Positions 48,201-60,800 of a stretch of DNA of 64,000 nucleotides are shown here, piece by piece. How positions within the stretch are numbered: position 1 is the first letter of the stretch; each line of letters begins with the position of its first letter. The DNA lies in NCBI RefSeq assembly GCF_006345805.1, contig NC_043010.1, positions 66,588,001 through 66,652,000 of the forward strand, in the 5' to 3' direction. The position numbers were made by a program, and so were the translations under genes. The notes under the pieces are model-generated. The model saw only the letters and a program-made list of their open reading frames with translations. It was not told where the DNA came from and did no database searches. This stretch comes from Octopus sinensis. Its lineage: Eukaryota.

Positions 48201-51200
48201 GATAATTCCAAAATCCATCGACTATGCACTGCTTGTATTATAATGATGGCTAACATAACCACCTGTTGTCTAGTTTTTTTTCTATAATTAATGATTTCTA
48301 ACATTAATTAAAATTCCTAGAATTGTCTACCCTATCTTTCCTGAGTTAGTTGTTAAAGATAGATGAATTATTAATCCGGTCTTCTGACTAATTTCAGCTA
48401 AAATTTCTTGGTTCACTATTTTCTTTTCTACTCTTCTACTCTAGGCACAAGGCCCAAAATTTGGGCGGGGGGAGTCAATTAGTATGCAATTGGTACTTAA
48501 TTTATCAACCCTGAAAGGATGAAAGGCAAAGTCAACCTCGGTGGAATTTGAACTCAGAACGTAACTTTACTCCCCACAAGGGGCTACACACAGAGGGGAC
48601 AAACAAGGACAGACAAACGGATTAAGTCGATTGCATCGACCCCAGTGCGTAACTGGTACTTAATTTATCAACCCTGAAAGGATGAAAGGCAAAGTCAACC
48701 TCGGTGGAATTTGAACTCAGAACGTAACTTTACTCCCCACAAGGGGCTACACACAGAGGGGACAAACAAGGACAGACAAACGGATTAAGTCGATTGCATC
48801 GACCCCAGTGCGTAACTGGTACTTAATTTATCGACCCCGAAAGGATGAAAGGCAAAGTCAACCTCGGTGGAATTTGAACTCAGAACGTAACTTTACTCCC
48901 CACAAGGGGCTACACACAGAGGGGAAAACAAGGACAGACAACGGATTAAGTCGATTGCATCGACCCCAGTGCGTAACTGGTACTAATTTATCGACCCCGA
49001 AAGGATGAAAGGCAAAGTCAACCTCGGTGGAATTTGAACTCAGAACGTAACTTTACTCCCCACAAGGGGCTACACACAGAGGGGACAAACAAGGACAGAC
49101 AAACGGATTAAGTCGATTGCATCGACCCCAGTGCGTAACTGGTACTTAATTTATCGACCCCGGAAGGATGAAAGGCAAAGTCAACCTCGGTGGAATTTGA
49201 ACTCAGAACATAAAGACAGATGAAATACCGCTAAGCATTTCACCTGGTTTGCTAACATTTCTGCCAGCTCACTATCTATGGCTTAGTGGTTAGGGGTATT
49301 CAGCTCTCAATTGTAAAGTTGTGAGTTTGATTCCTAGCAGCTCACTGTGTCCTTGAGCAGGGTGCTTTATTTCTCATGTTGCTCCTGTCCACTCAGCTGG
49401 CAAAAATGAGTAGTACCTGTATTTTCAATATTGTCAATTTCCCCAAACGGGGACACAATTCAATTTTTTAAACAATAACCAAAGGGGGAGGGTTACGGTT
49501 TACAATTATTTAACAAATGCAACACAACAACGCTTCCTTTACGAGGAACCAACAAACGTGATAACAATAGTTAAACAGAAATAATAATAAAAACAAACCT
49601 TACGGTAAACCAAAAAGCAGTACTCTGTTGAAGCTATAGGCCTTTATGGATCAGAAATAAACTAAAAGCGGTACTCAGTAGAATGCTTAATGCTAGCTAA
49701 TTAGCAAATAATCTAATGTAAAAACCGTGCACACCTCCATCTGGACTATTCCATTTCTGCACACTAATTTTATTTTTTATTTATTCCCATTCATGTGAAA
49801 CCACTGATTCAAGTTCAAGTCATTGATGCAATTTTATACCAATTGCTATATTTTTACTTTTGTTATGTTACGATAATATTATACTTTAGTTTGATTTTAA
49901 TTATTACTTACTACATATAATTCAATTGTTATTATTATTTTTATTGTTAAAGGGAAAGTATCTGACATAAAATAGAGAAATGTTTTTGTTTCACTTTTAA
50001 CACGTAATACTGAAATAGTGGAGAAGATATGATATTGCTATGGGCTCGCTCTAGGCAAGAAGTTGAACTTTTTTTTTTGTCCATGAAACTACATGGACCC
50101 TAAGTAAGGCGTGTGTAAAATTTGAATGAAATTGGTTGTGTAGTTCTCAAGTTTTAGGGAATCGTAGTGGAGAAGATATGATATTGCTATGGGCTCGCTC
50201 TAGGCAAGAAGTTGAACTTTTTTTTTGCCCATGAAACTACATGGACCCTAAGTAAGGCGTGTGTAAAATTTGAATGAAATTGGTTGTGTAGTTCTCAAGT
50301 TTTAGGGAATCGTAGTGGAGAAGATATGATATTGCTGTGGGCTCGCCTTAGGCAAAAAGTTGAAAATTCTTTTTGCCGATGACATTCCCCGGACCCTAAG
50401 TAAGGCATGTGTAAAATTTGAATGAAATTGGTTGTGTAGTTCTCAAGTTTTAGGGAAACACACACACAGACAGACACACACACATTCTCAGTTTTATATA
50501 TATAAAGATTAATTAACTTTTCTTAAGCTTTTCTTATTCATAATGGTACTCAAATGCTATTTTACTTCTGCTGTTTGACATCGTTTACCAATTCCTTGTT
50601 TGGTTTCTCATTAGTTTTATGTTTATTTTCTTTGTTTCAAGATGCCTTTAGCTGAGGTTGTAAACATAGTCAGTCCCTAAAATACCTAGTGTTAATAATT
50701 CTTGACGTTTCAAAGACTACATTCTTACAAGAGAGAAAACAACAATACATAGAGAGGTTGGACAAACTCTAAGAATTTGTTCATGATTAATACACCATAA
50801 TTGCATGTAAGCAGTTTTAATACCTGGTGGTTGTTGCTGAATTTGTGACATTTGAATAACTTATATAGGTAAGAAAATAAACGTTTTTTTTCACCTCAGA
50901 CATGCTCTTTGCCTTTAATTTTAAAAAATACCAATAATTCATGTTCTGTGTTTAAATAATTAGGATAATTAATTATAACCTGTTGTTATCATCATCATTG
51001 TTTAACGTCCATTTTCCATGCTGGCATGGGTTGGACGGTTCAACTGGGGTCTGGGAAGCCAGGAGGCTACACCAGGCCCCAATCTGATCAGGTAGTGTTT
51101 CTACAACTGGATGCCCTTCCTAGCGCTAACCACTCCGAGAGTGTAGTGGGTGCTTTTTATGTGCCACTGGCACAAGGGGCCAGAGGAGCTGGCATCGACC

Positions 51201-54200
51201 ACGATCGGATGGTGCTTTTTACGTGCCACCAGCATGGAAGACAGTCAGGGCGGCACTGGCATCGGCCACATTCGGATGGTGCTTTTTATGTGCTACCGGC
51301 ATGGGGCTCACAACTACAATTTCCATTTGATTTGATTTTGACATTGCTGATGTTGATGTATTTTTGTAATTTATCAGTAGTAATACTAATTCATTACTAT
51401 GCTACTAGTGGTTTCGGTTTCTGGACTGTGCAATGCATTGTGTTCTTGAGGAAAACACTGCATTTGATATCACTCCAGTCTTCTCAGCTGGTAAAAATGA
51501 GTACAGTAACCCCTTACCATATCACGGTTCACCTATCATGTTTTATTATTTAAGCTTATGTTGTTTCCCCCGTGGTGTTGTTTTGCATTTATAATAAAAT
51601 AAATTTATACAAATTATAAAAATAAAAAAAATAAAAGTACTGTTTCTACTTTTTTACTCTTTTACTTGTTTCAGTCATTTGACTGTGGCCAAGCTGGAGC
51701 ACCACCTTTAGTCAAGCAAATCGACCCCAGGACTTAATTCTTTGTAAGCCTAGTACTTATTCTATCGGTCTCTTTTGCTGAACCGCTAAGTTACGGGTAC
51801 CATCCCTGTGCTCCCTATGGAGTGAGGAGGGTTAACCACTAGTTCTACTTGTAAATATCTTAAACAACCTAGGAGCCAATGCTTGTTTAATCCTTCAGTT
51901 TACTTTTATTGTTTGTATTGTTAGTTGTTTCTTATACAGCTAGGATGATGAATGCCACTGTTTTCTTCTCCTCTACAGTAACATCAAGCGACCTGTCTAC
52001 ACATGCAATACCAACTCTCTCATAGTCCGTCACCACCACTAGCAACAGTCCGACAATGGCCAGCAACTCCTTAAAATCCCGAAATAAAAAATCCGCTGAA
52101 GGTGAATATTATTTACTTGTTGTATACACCTCTCTTCATTTATCACTGATTCATTTATCACCGATTCATTTATCACTGATTCACTCATCACTGGTTCATT
52201 TATCACTGATTCATTCATCACTGATCTGGAATTACATGGTACACTCAATTGTGAACCATGTTAAGTTTAAGATAAATTGATCCGTGATAAATATGAGCTG
52301 GTGATCAATTCAAGATTCTGTTAGTGATATTTTTCTGTTCTTTTTTTATTATTTTTTTTTATTTACTGATCATATGTTACTCTTTACTCTTTCACTTGTT
52401 TCAGTCATTTGACTGAGGCCATGCTGGAGCATCACCTTTAGTCGAGCAAATCGACCCCAGGACTTGTTCATTGTAAGCCTAGTACTTATTCTATCGGTGT
52501 CTTTTGCCGAACCGCTAAGTTATGGGGACGTAAACACATCACCATCGGTTGTCAAGCGATGTTGGGATCAAACACAGATACACAAATATATACACACGCA
52601 TACATATATATACATATATACGATGGGCTTCGTTCAGTTTCTGTCTACCGAATCCACTTACAAAACTTTGGTCGGCCCGAGGCCATAGTAGAAGGCACTT
52701 GCCCAAGGTGCTACGCAGTGGTACTGAACCTGAAACCATGTGGCTGGTAAGCAAGCTACTTACCACACAGCCACTACTACGCCTATTAAATGTTTTTCTA
52801 AATATTTTTCCAAGATGTGAAACAATATCATCAAATGTGCTTAAACTGCTTGTGAGGTGTGTTGTTTTGGGTGAGTCAGGGGGACAACTTGGGGTCATGG
52901 AATGAAACCTATTTTACCTTTGTGTTCTGTGATTCATTTATCACTGATTCATTTAACATGCCGCTTTCCATTTTTTTTAAAACCGAACAGCTGTGATCAA
53001 CAAGCAGAGCTGTACTTAACAAAAGTTAAGTACCATTTTCAAAGTAATTGACCCTCCTCGTCTTTCAATATTTTAGGTCTTGTGCCTATCAAAATACAGT
53101 CATTAAAACAGATTTTAGTTAAAAATATTGTAATAAAAGGATTTTAAGCACCCAAAAATAACAATTCTATGCACTCCCAAATTCTTTTTTCTTTTTCCTA
53201 ACCTTGAAGTCCGTCTCTGAATTCCTCCCCTTATGTAGCTATGGTTACCTCTGTCTTAAAAGCTTCTTCATTTCTCTCCTCCAGATGATCACTCCCGAGA
53301 CAGCTCAGATTTATCAGTATCTGATGACAGTGGGTAAGTTTTTCACAATCAGATTACACAGTGTGGTGTCTTGATATTTGTTACTTATCTTTATTTTTAT
53401 TTTTACTAACCTTTGACCTTTGATCCTTCTGGTATCAGTCAAGGTATGAATAAATTCCTTTGCAAAAAGATAAAAAAATAGTGAAATGATAGGTGTAAGC
53501 ATGGCCTTGTTTAAAATCTACCTCATTCTCTTAACCATGTGATCTCTGGTTCAGTCCCACTGTGTGACACCTTGGGCAAGTGTATTCGACTACAGCCCCA
53601 AGTCGCCCAACCAAACCTTTATGAATGGATTTGGTAGGTAGAAACTGAAAGAAGCATGTGTGTGTATAATTTGTGAGTATAGCCTTGTCTTGACATCACA
53701 TGATGGTTGTAAACAAGCACCACCATCATACAAGTGGGGTTGTTTGTTTCTAATCTTCTGTGGAAATATGTCTGGCCATGTGAAATATCACCTTGCTTGG
53801 AGACATATGAGGGTTGGTGACAGAAGGGTATCCAGCTTTAGAGGATTGTTTGCCCAGGCAAATTCCATCTCTTTCATGCAAGCATGTAAGAGTGGGCATT
53901 AATTAAATGCTGATGATGTCAGAATTTGTAGGATGGTAGAGTGAATGCCATGCAGCATTTAAGTATTTCCTTGCACATTTCGAGTTCAAATCCTACAGGA
54001 GTTCATTTTGTCTTTTATCCTTCTGACTAGCACTATGACCCAGCAACGCCGGGTCATAGTGCTAGTGCATGCATATACAGAGCTTCGTGCATGCGCACAT
54101 ACACATGAGTACTGTCCAAATCTCCGACCAATCACATACAGCTAGCTGGCATTCAATTGGCGTATCAAGTTTCGGGCATTTTGATTGGGTTTTGGATAGA

Positions 54201-54823
54201 AAATTCACAAAAAAAGTCACTTCTATTGATTTTTTAATGGCTTTGCTGGGTGACTGGAGAAATGTAAAGATGTGCACGACCACCCTTGGACGGTTTTGAA
54301 TGACCATAGAAAGTGCGAGCCCTCTAACTGAAAAATTGTGGATTTGTGTAAAGGACACGCACACACACACACACACACACACAGACAGACATTTTGCAGT
54401 TTATATATATAGAGATGTGCCAATTTGGGACCTGATGCAATATAATCACCTATACCAGTTGCTATTTCAAGCTGGTTGTCTGACCTCATAAGGGCTCTTT
54501 TGTTGAAAAACCAAAGCCAAAGGACATTAGCATCACCATGCTCCCATTTCTGTTTCATTCCCAGACATGGGCTATATTTTTTGAGAAGCAAGCTGCATTA
54601 GATATATCTTATCACCAAGCAGGCTGCACTGCTAAAATATTTACATAAATTTATTTTCCTCATAAAAATTAGGCATGCCATTCAGAAAGTCCCATGGGCT
54701 GCATGTGGCTTGCACACTGCAATTTGCTTATGACTGGTTTAAAACCATTAAACCATACAAGACTTTAGTTTTCAAATGTTAGACATTTGTTAAATGTCAA
54801 ATGTGGGCTACAAACATATATCA

Positions 54824-54882
<59 letters not shown>

Positions 54883-57800
54883 CACACACATGCATATATA
54901 TAATTCATATGCATATATAATATATATAATAGTTATATGTACATTCAAGGCTTTCTTTGTGCTTGTCTCATTTCAGGATGTTACAGTCTCGGTTGGATAA
55001 ATGTGAGGTATGTATTTATTACTTTGCTATGGAGTTCTGCACATTTTGTGTTTTATAGAATAGGTTTTGCTCAGAAAAATTTGGCACGTATGTGTGTGTG
55101 TGTGTGTTTTAAAATGTGGCATGGAATACTGCATGCGATATGTCAGGGTGGTGTATCGTGTCTTTTAGTGTGATATGGGGAGCTGTTAGTGTTGTGACAT
55201 GTATTAGAACATGATATAAGAGGCTGTGTTACAGTACAGTGGAATGTGGTGTGTTTTGCAGTTTGGCTTGGTGCCATGTATATTACAGAATAATGTGTTG
55301 TTTAACCCCAGGTCAATTCTGATCCAGCAGGCCTATAACCAAAGGCATTCCAGCTCTGACCATCTTGGGCAGCTTGTATCTAGGATAACATCATCCAGTA
55401 TGTCTCTCACTATTGATGACGATAGGGTTTAATTCAAGAGATAATTGACTACTATTTTTAGCAGGTCAAGCAACCATAGAAAGGTTCTCTTGTTGGCTTT
55501 ACAGTGTGTGACAGTATGAGGTGTTTTTCACTGCTAACACAAAAGTAAAGCACACTATTAACTTGCAGACCTTTAATATACTTGATAGTACATTATGGTT
55601 GCAAAACGAGATACTGTGGCTTTGCTAGCAGTTAATCTCTATGTGTGTGTGTGTGTGTGTGAATATATGTATGTAAATATGCATTTTTATAAGTGTACTA
55701 GTAATCGCTACACGTGCTTCTGCGCTGGTGGGGTGTGTATTAAGGCTATACTTAATACATAAATCCACCAGTACGTCCTCAGGCTATGTATATTATTATT
55801 TACGGGTAAATGTTAAAAATTAAAAGTTAAAAATCATATTAAAAATTAAAATTTCAAAACTATAAGTAAGATTACTTTACGACATAATCCTTCTTTTTCA
55901 AGTGCAAACTATATTCCTCATACACATTTATGAGGAATACAGCCACAATAGCACCTATAGCAGTACTACATGTGGATACACCAAGAACTAAGAATCTACC
56001 AAACAATACCACCTCCAAATGAACAGATAGGCCACACCTATGTAACACAAATCTCAAAATATAAAACACCTCAAAAATCCATTGATGGCCAGTTTCACGA
56101 GTATAGCTTTTCCTAATGCCAACCACTTAACAGAATGTACTGGGTGCTTTTTACATGTGTGTTTGTGTGTGTATGTGTATGTGTGCTTGTGTTTGTTCTT
56201 CATTGTCTTGAAATTATAGCATAGCTGAGGTATACACACACACATGCACGTGTCTAGCTTCTTTCAGTTTCTATCAGACAATTCCACTCAGTTTTGGTCA
56301 GCCCAGATGTATAGAAGAAAACTCTTGCCCAGAGTTCAACATCACTTGATAGTCGTAAATGAGTGTCACTGTCATATAAGCAGTGTCATTCATATCCATG
56401 AAAACATGTCCCATCATGAAGAAACATTACCTTACTTGGAACCAAGTGGGGGCGGGCAACAGGAAGGGTCACTGGCTGTAGAAAATCCGCTTCTATAAAT
56501 TTCATCTGGCTTGGTGCCATGTATATTACAGAATAAAGTGTTGTTTAGCCCCCTCATTTCCCAAGCATGGGAAATCATCATCATCATCATCATCATTTAA
56601 CGTCCGCTTTCCATGCTAGCATGGGTTGGATGGTTCAACTGGGGTCTGGAAAGCCCGAAGGCTGCACCAGGCCAGTCAGATCTGGCAGTGTTTCTACAGC
56701 TGGATGCCCTTCCTAACGCCAACCACTCCATAAGTGTAGTGGGTGCTTTTTATGTGCCACCGACACAGGTGCCAGACGAGGCTGGCAACGGCCACGCTTG
56801 GATGGTGCTTTTTACGTGCCACCAGCACGGAGGCCAGTTGATGTGGTGCTGGCTATGGCCACGTTCGGATGGTTCTCTTATGCGCCACCAGCACTGGTAC
56901 CACAACTACAAATTCCATTGATGTTGATCGATTTCGATTTTGATTTGATTTTTTGATTGAAAGTGAATGCTAAAGCAGTGATGGCGATACATGTGTATAA
57001 TGTTTTTGTTTCATTTATTTATTTTTTTTCTTTTCTTTGTTTGCAGCTGAAGGACAGTGGGGTGCGGCTAGATGTGAAACCAAAGAGCAAGATAACCCTC
57101 ACATTAGATGTGCTGGTTGCAGACAAGATTCAGCAGGTAAATTACCATATAGTTGTGGCCATAGAAAAATCTACCTTTATGATTTGTGTCTTATTCATGT
57201 AAGCATGGAAATGTAGATATTAATGATGATGATGATGATGCTATGTATCATCTTAAACATTGTTTACCTGTCTTATTTTGCTCACCAGACATTCTAATTA
57301 ATGATCTCACCTTTCTCATTTTATTAGGATGAGCTGGACAGGATGAACAGAGAGCTTCAGGTTTGCATCTCCCTTTTCTCACCCTCTCTATTTTTTTTCA
57401 TCATCTTCTCCCACCACCTCTTTTCTCTCTATGTCTATCCTTCTTTTCCTTCTGCCCTTCTTCATCTCCCCCTCTCTCTCCATTTTCTTTACTCTCTTCA
57501 CATTACCTCCCCCCACTCCTCTTTCTCTCATGTCTCTGCTACCATTGTATCAACCATTTCCATCACCATAACTAATGGAATTTCTTATGAAATATACTGT
57601 TCTTCTTTCATTTAATTTTAAAAATTGTTAACAATACAGACATTTATTAAAGTAACTCCTGTATTTGATGGCATATACGATGCACATTTTTCCCCCAAAA
57701 TGTTTCAAAAAAATCACTCTGGGACTTATATGCAAAGTTGTGCCTTGCATAAGCTAATTTTGTCCCTCGTGCTCACTACTTTTCGGCTAATTTTAATCCA

Positions 57801-60800
57801 AACAGTATCTTCTACCGAGCCTGACTCCATAATACTATTATTTACTTAAATATCATTTTAATAACTTATTGACTTATGTGGAGGTGCAATGGCCCAGTGG
57901 TTAGGGCAGCAGACTCGCGGTTGGAGGATAGTGGTTTTGATTCCAGACCGTGCATTGTGTGTGTTTATTGAGCAAAAACACCTAAAAGCTCTGCGAGGCT
58001 CCGGCAGGGGGTGGTGGCGACCCCTGTTGTACTCTTTCACCCCAACTTTCTCTCACTCTTTCTTTCTGTTTCTTGAGCAATGCTTCAATGGACTGGCATC
58101 TCGTCCAGCTGGGGGGAACACATGCGCCGCAGAAACTGGGAAACCGGGCCCATGAGCCTGGCTAGCCTTGAAAAGGGCGCATGAATAAAATAAAAATTGA
58201 CTTATGTAATATTCAAAGATTACTTTAAATATTACATTCTTTAACTCTTTATCATTTAAACTGGCCATATCCGGCTCAATTATTATACCTGTTTTATGTA
58301 CAGACGGGCCATATTCCACATCTCACACCTACCCTGCAATGTCATACTAAAAATAAACAAGCACATCATTGAAATCTCAACGCAGAAAGATAATCTGTGA
58401 GTCAATTCAAAGCAATGGGAATAAACAAGCATTACATTAGACAGTGTAATCTAAATGCTAAAGGGGTAATGTACTAAAATGAAGGCACGTCTTCCTGGTT
58501 AGGGTATTCAGTTCATGATCGTAAGGTCGTGGGTTCAACTCCTGGCGATGCATCGTGTCCTTGAGCAAGACACTTTATTTCGTGTTGCTCCAGTCTACTC
58601 AGCTGGTAAAAATTAGTTGTGCCTGTATTTTTCAAAGGACCATGTCACATTCTGTGTCATGTCAAATCTCCTTGAGGACTACGTTATGGGTACACATGTC
58701 TGTGGAGTGCTCAGCCACTTGCATGTTAATTTCACAAGCAGGCTGTTCTGTTGAGCGGATCAACCATCTTACAAACAATAACTCTGAGCATCTTTTCGAA
58801 CTCCACCCATCTAACACCCATGGACATATTTACAAAGTCAGAAAACAGCACAGCTCCCATGACTTTAGGAAACATTTTTTCACGCTGAGAGTTGCTGAAG
58901 CATGGAACAAACTGCCGGCATCAGTTGTTAGTTGTCGGAGCACTGCATCCTTCAAAACTTCCATGCTTTCTGAGATTCGCCAACACTACACTTGATTTTC
59001 TCCCCTCCATACACACAAAAGCATGTATCTGACTCATACACTGTTCACTTTCCAGACATTCGTACATTACTGCATATACTTTATATGCACTTTTGACAAG
59101 TTGTGGTGCACCTGAGCACTGTATACAATAATTTTATTATTATTAACTGGAACCCTCGTTGTCGTAACCGACGGAGTGCCAATAGTGTTGTATTAAAAAT
59201 TTTTACCCCGAATATGCACAACCGGAATTGAGGTGCATCTAATATGCCTGTGCATCTTTAATGCCATCAAGTACAATAACCCTCTTGATATTAAAGCTGA
59301 GGTTTGGTACTTAAGTTAAAATGTTCTGACATAAAACTATCCTGGAATGCTTTAATTTTGCTTGTAAACCCTTTCAAAATTGGCAATTTGGCGTCAGAGA
59401 ACTCAAGATGGTGCTCAAGTGGTTTGGTATGTCATGGGTAAAACCTTAATGCGTGGTTTTGCACCAATCCTAGCTTGTCTCACTCCTTTTATGTCACTAG
59501 TATGTCTCCACATACGACTACCACCATTCACCAACGTCTTTATTTCAATTCCAGGCTGATTTGAAGTGTGGTGGTGTTAGCAACATGTTAGCTGAATTAA
59601 ACGAACCAGGTGAGTATGTAATGAGTGTGTGCAGTAATTGCCATACGGCCACACACACCCATGATGGGCTTCTTTCAGTTTCCATCCACCAAATCCACTC
59701 AACACGGCTTTGTTCAGCCTGGGGCTGAAGTAGAAAATACTTGCTCAAGATGGCATGCAGTGGGATTGAACCCAAGACCATTTATGTAGACATGTGTCAT
59801 GAAGACATGGTCTCATGTTTGTTCCTGCTGTGTGGTACTGTGGATAGGTGTGTTATGTTAGTTTTGGGCTGGCCAGTGCCTTCCGAGTGGAATTTGTCGA
59901 CAAAAACTGTAGGAAGCTTGTCTTTAATTATAGTGTGTGTGTATGATAAAAATTTAAAACGTTTGAGAAATATGAAATTTTTTTACTTTGAATTCCACCA
60001 TTAAAAATGAATTGTGTGTGTGTTGGCATTGTTAACCTGTTGTGTTTAAACAATGCCTCTATCAACACAATAGTAGACTTGTCCAGCCATTGACCTGTTT
60101 CAGGCAATGAGGTGGCAGAAATGTTAGCACACCGGGCAAAATGCTTAGCAGTATTTTGTCTGTCTTTACATTCTGAGTTCAAATTCTGCCATGGTCTATT
60201 TTGCCTTTCATCCTTTCAGGGTTGATAAATTAAGTACCAGTTGCGTACTGGGGTTGATTTAATCGACTGGTGTCCTTCCCATAGAGAGAACGAGAGATTA
60301 CAATTTATTGTATTACACTTGTCTTCTTCTCATACACATAAAGAGAAATATATTCACATAAGTCAGCGTTAGGGCAGCCAACTGGCAGAATCATTAGCAC
60401 TCTGGGTGAAATGCTTAGCAGTATTTCATCTGTCTTTACATTCTGAGTTCAAATTCCACCGAGGTCGACTTTGCCTTTCATCCTTTCAGGGGTCAATAAA
60501 TTAAGTACCACTTGTGTACTAGGGTCGATCTAAACGACTGGCCTCCTTCCCAAATATTTTGGGGCCTTGTGCCTAGAGTAGAAACGGATAAAAGTCAGCA
60601 TTGAACCAGCAATACCAAATAGGTGGCACCAGAATGTCTTGTATCCTGGTTGACTCTGATGTATGTTTGAAAGAGCAAAGTGCTGTGTAGTTAGCTCAAA
60701 ACGTGGATTTCATGAATTTAAAACCATCTTCACCATCTGCATGGTTAAAATGGTGAAGAAGTTTCTACACAAGCATCCACTGTTGGTCATTCAGTTATAT

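Noticed and set aside
48565-49210. Regular 163-bp repeats, and the 38-bp array at 1807-2171, as CRISPR-like arrays
   Set aside because: Eukaryotic context, no unique spacers, and the units are SINE-derived or simple tandem copies.
51402-51432. Possible editing-complementary sequence for the exon 3 UAG
   Set aside because: Only short broken complementarity (ctagtggt..ggact) within a SINE head; compatible with chance.
57630-57670. Candidate SLF2 exon TFIKVTPVFD
   Set aside because: Needs a weak GC donor; exon 59555-59609 supplies the required phase 0 to 1 link with canonical sites and better homology.
58555-58995. 146-aa ORF as a host gene
   Set aside because: Chimera of SINE sequence and a CR1 C-terminal fragment.
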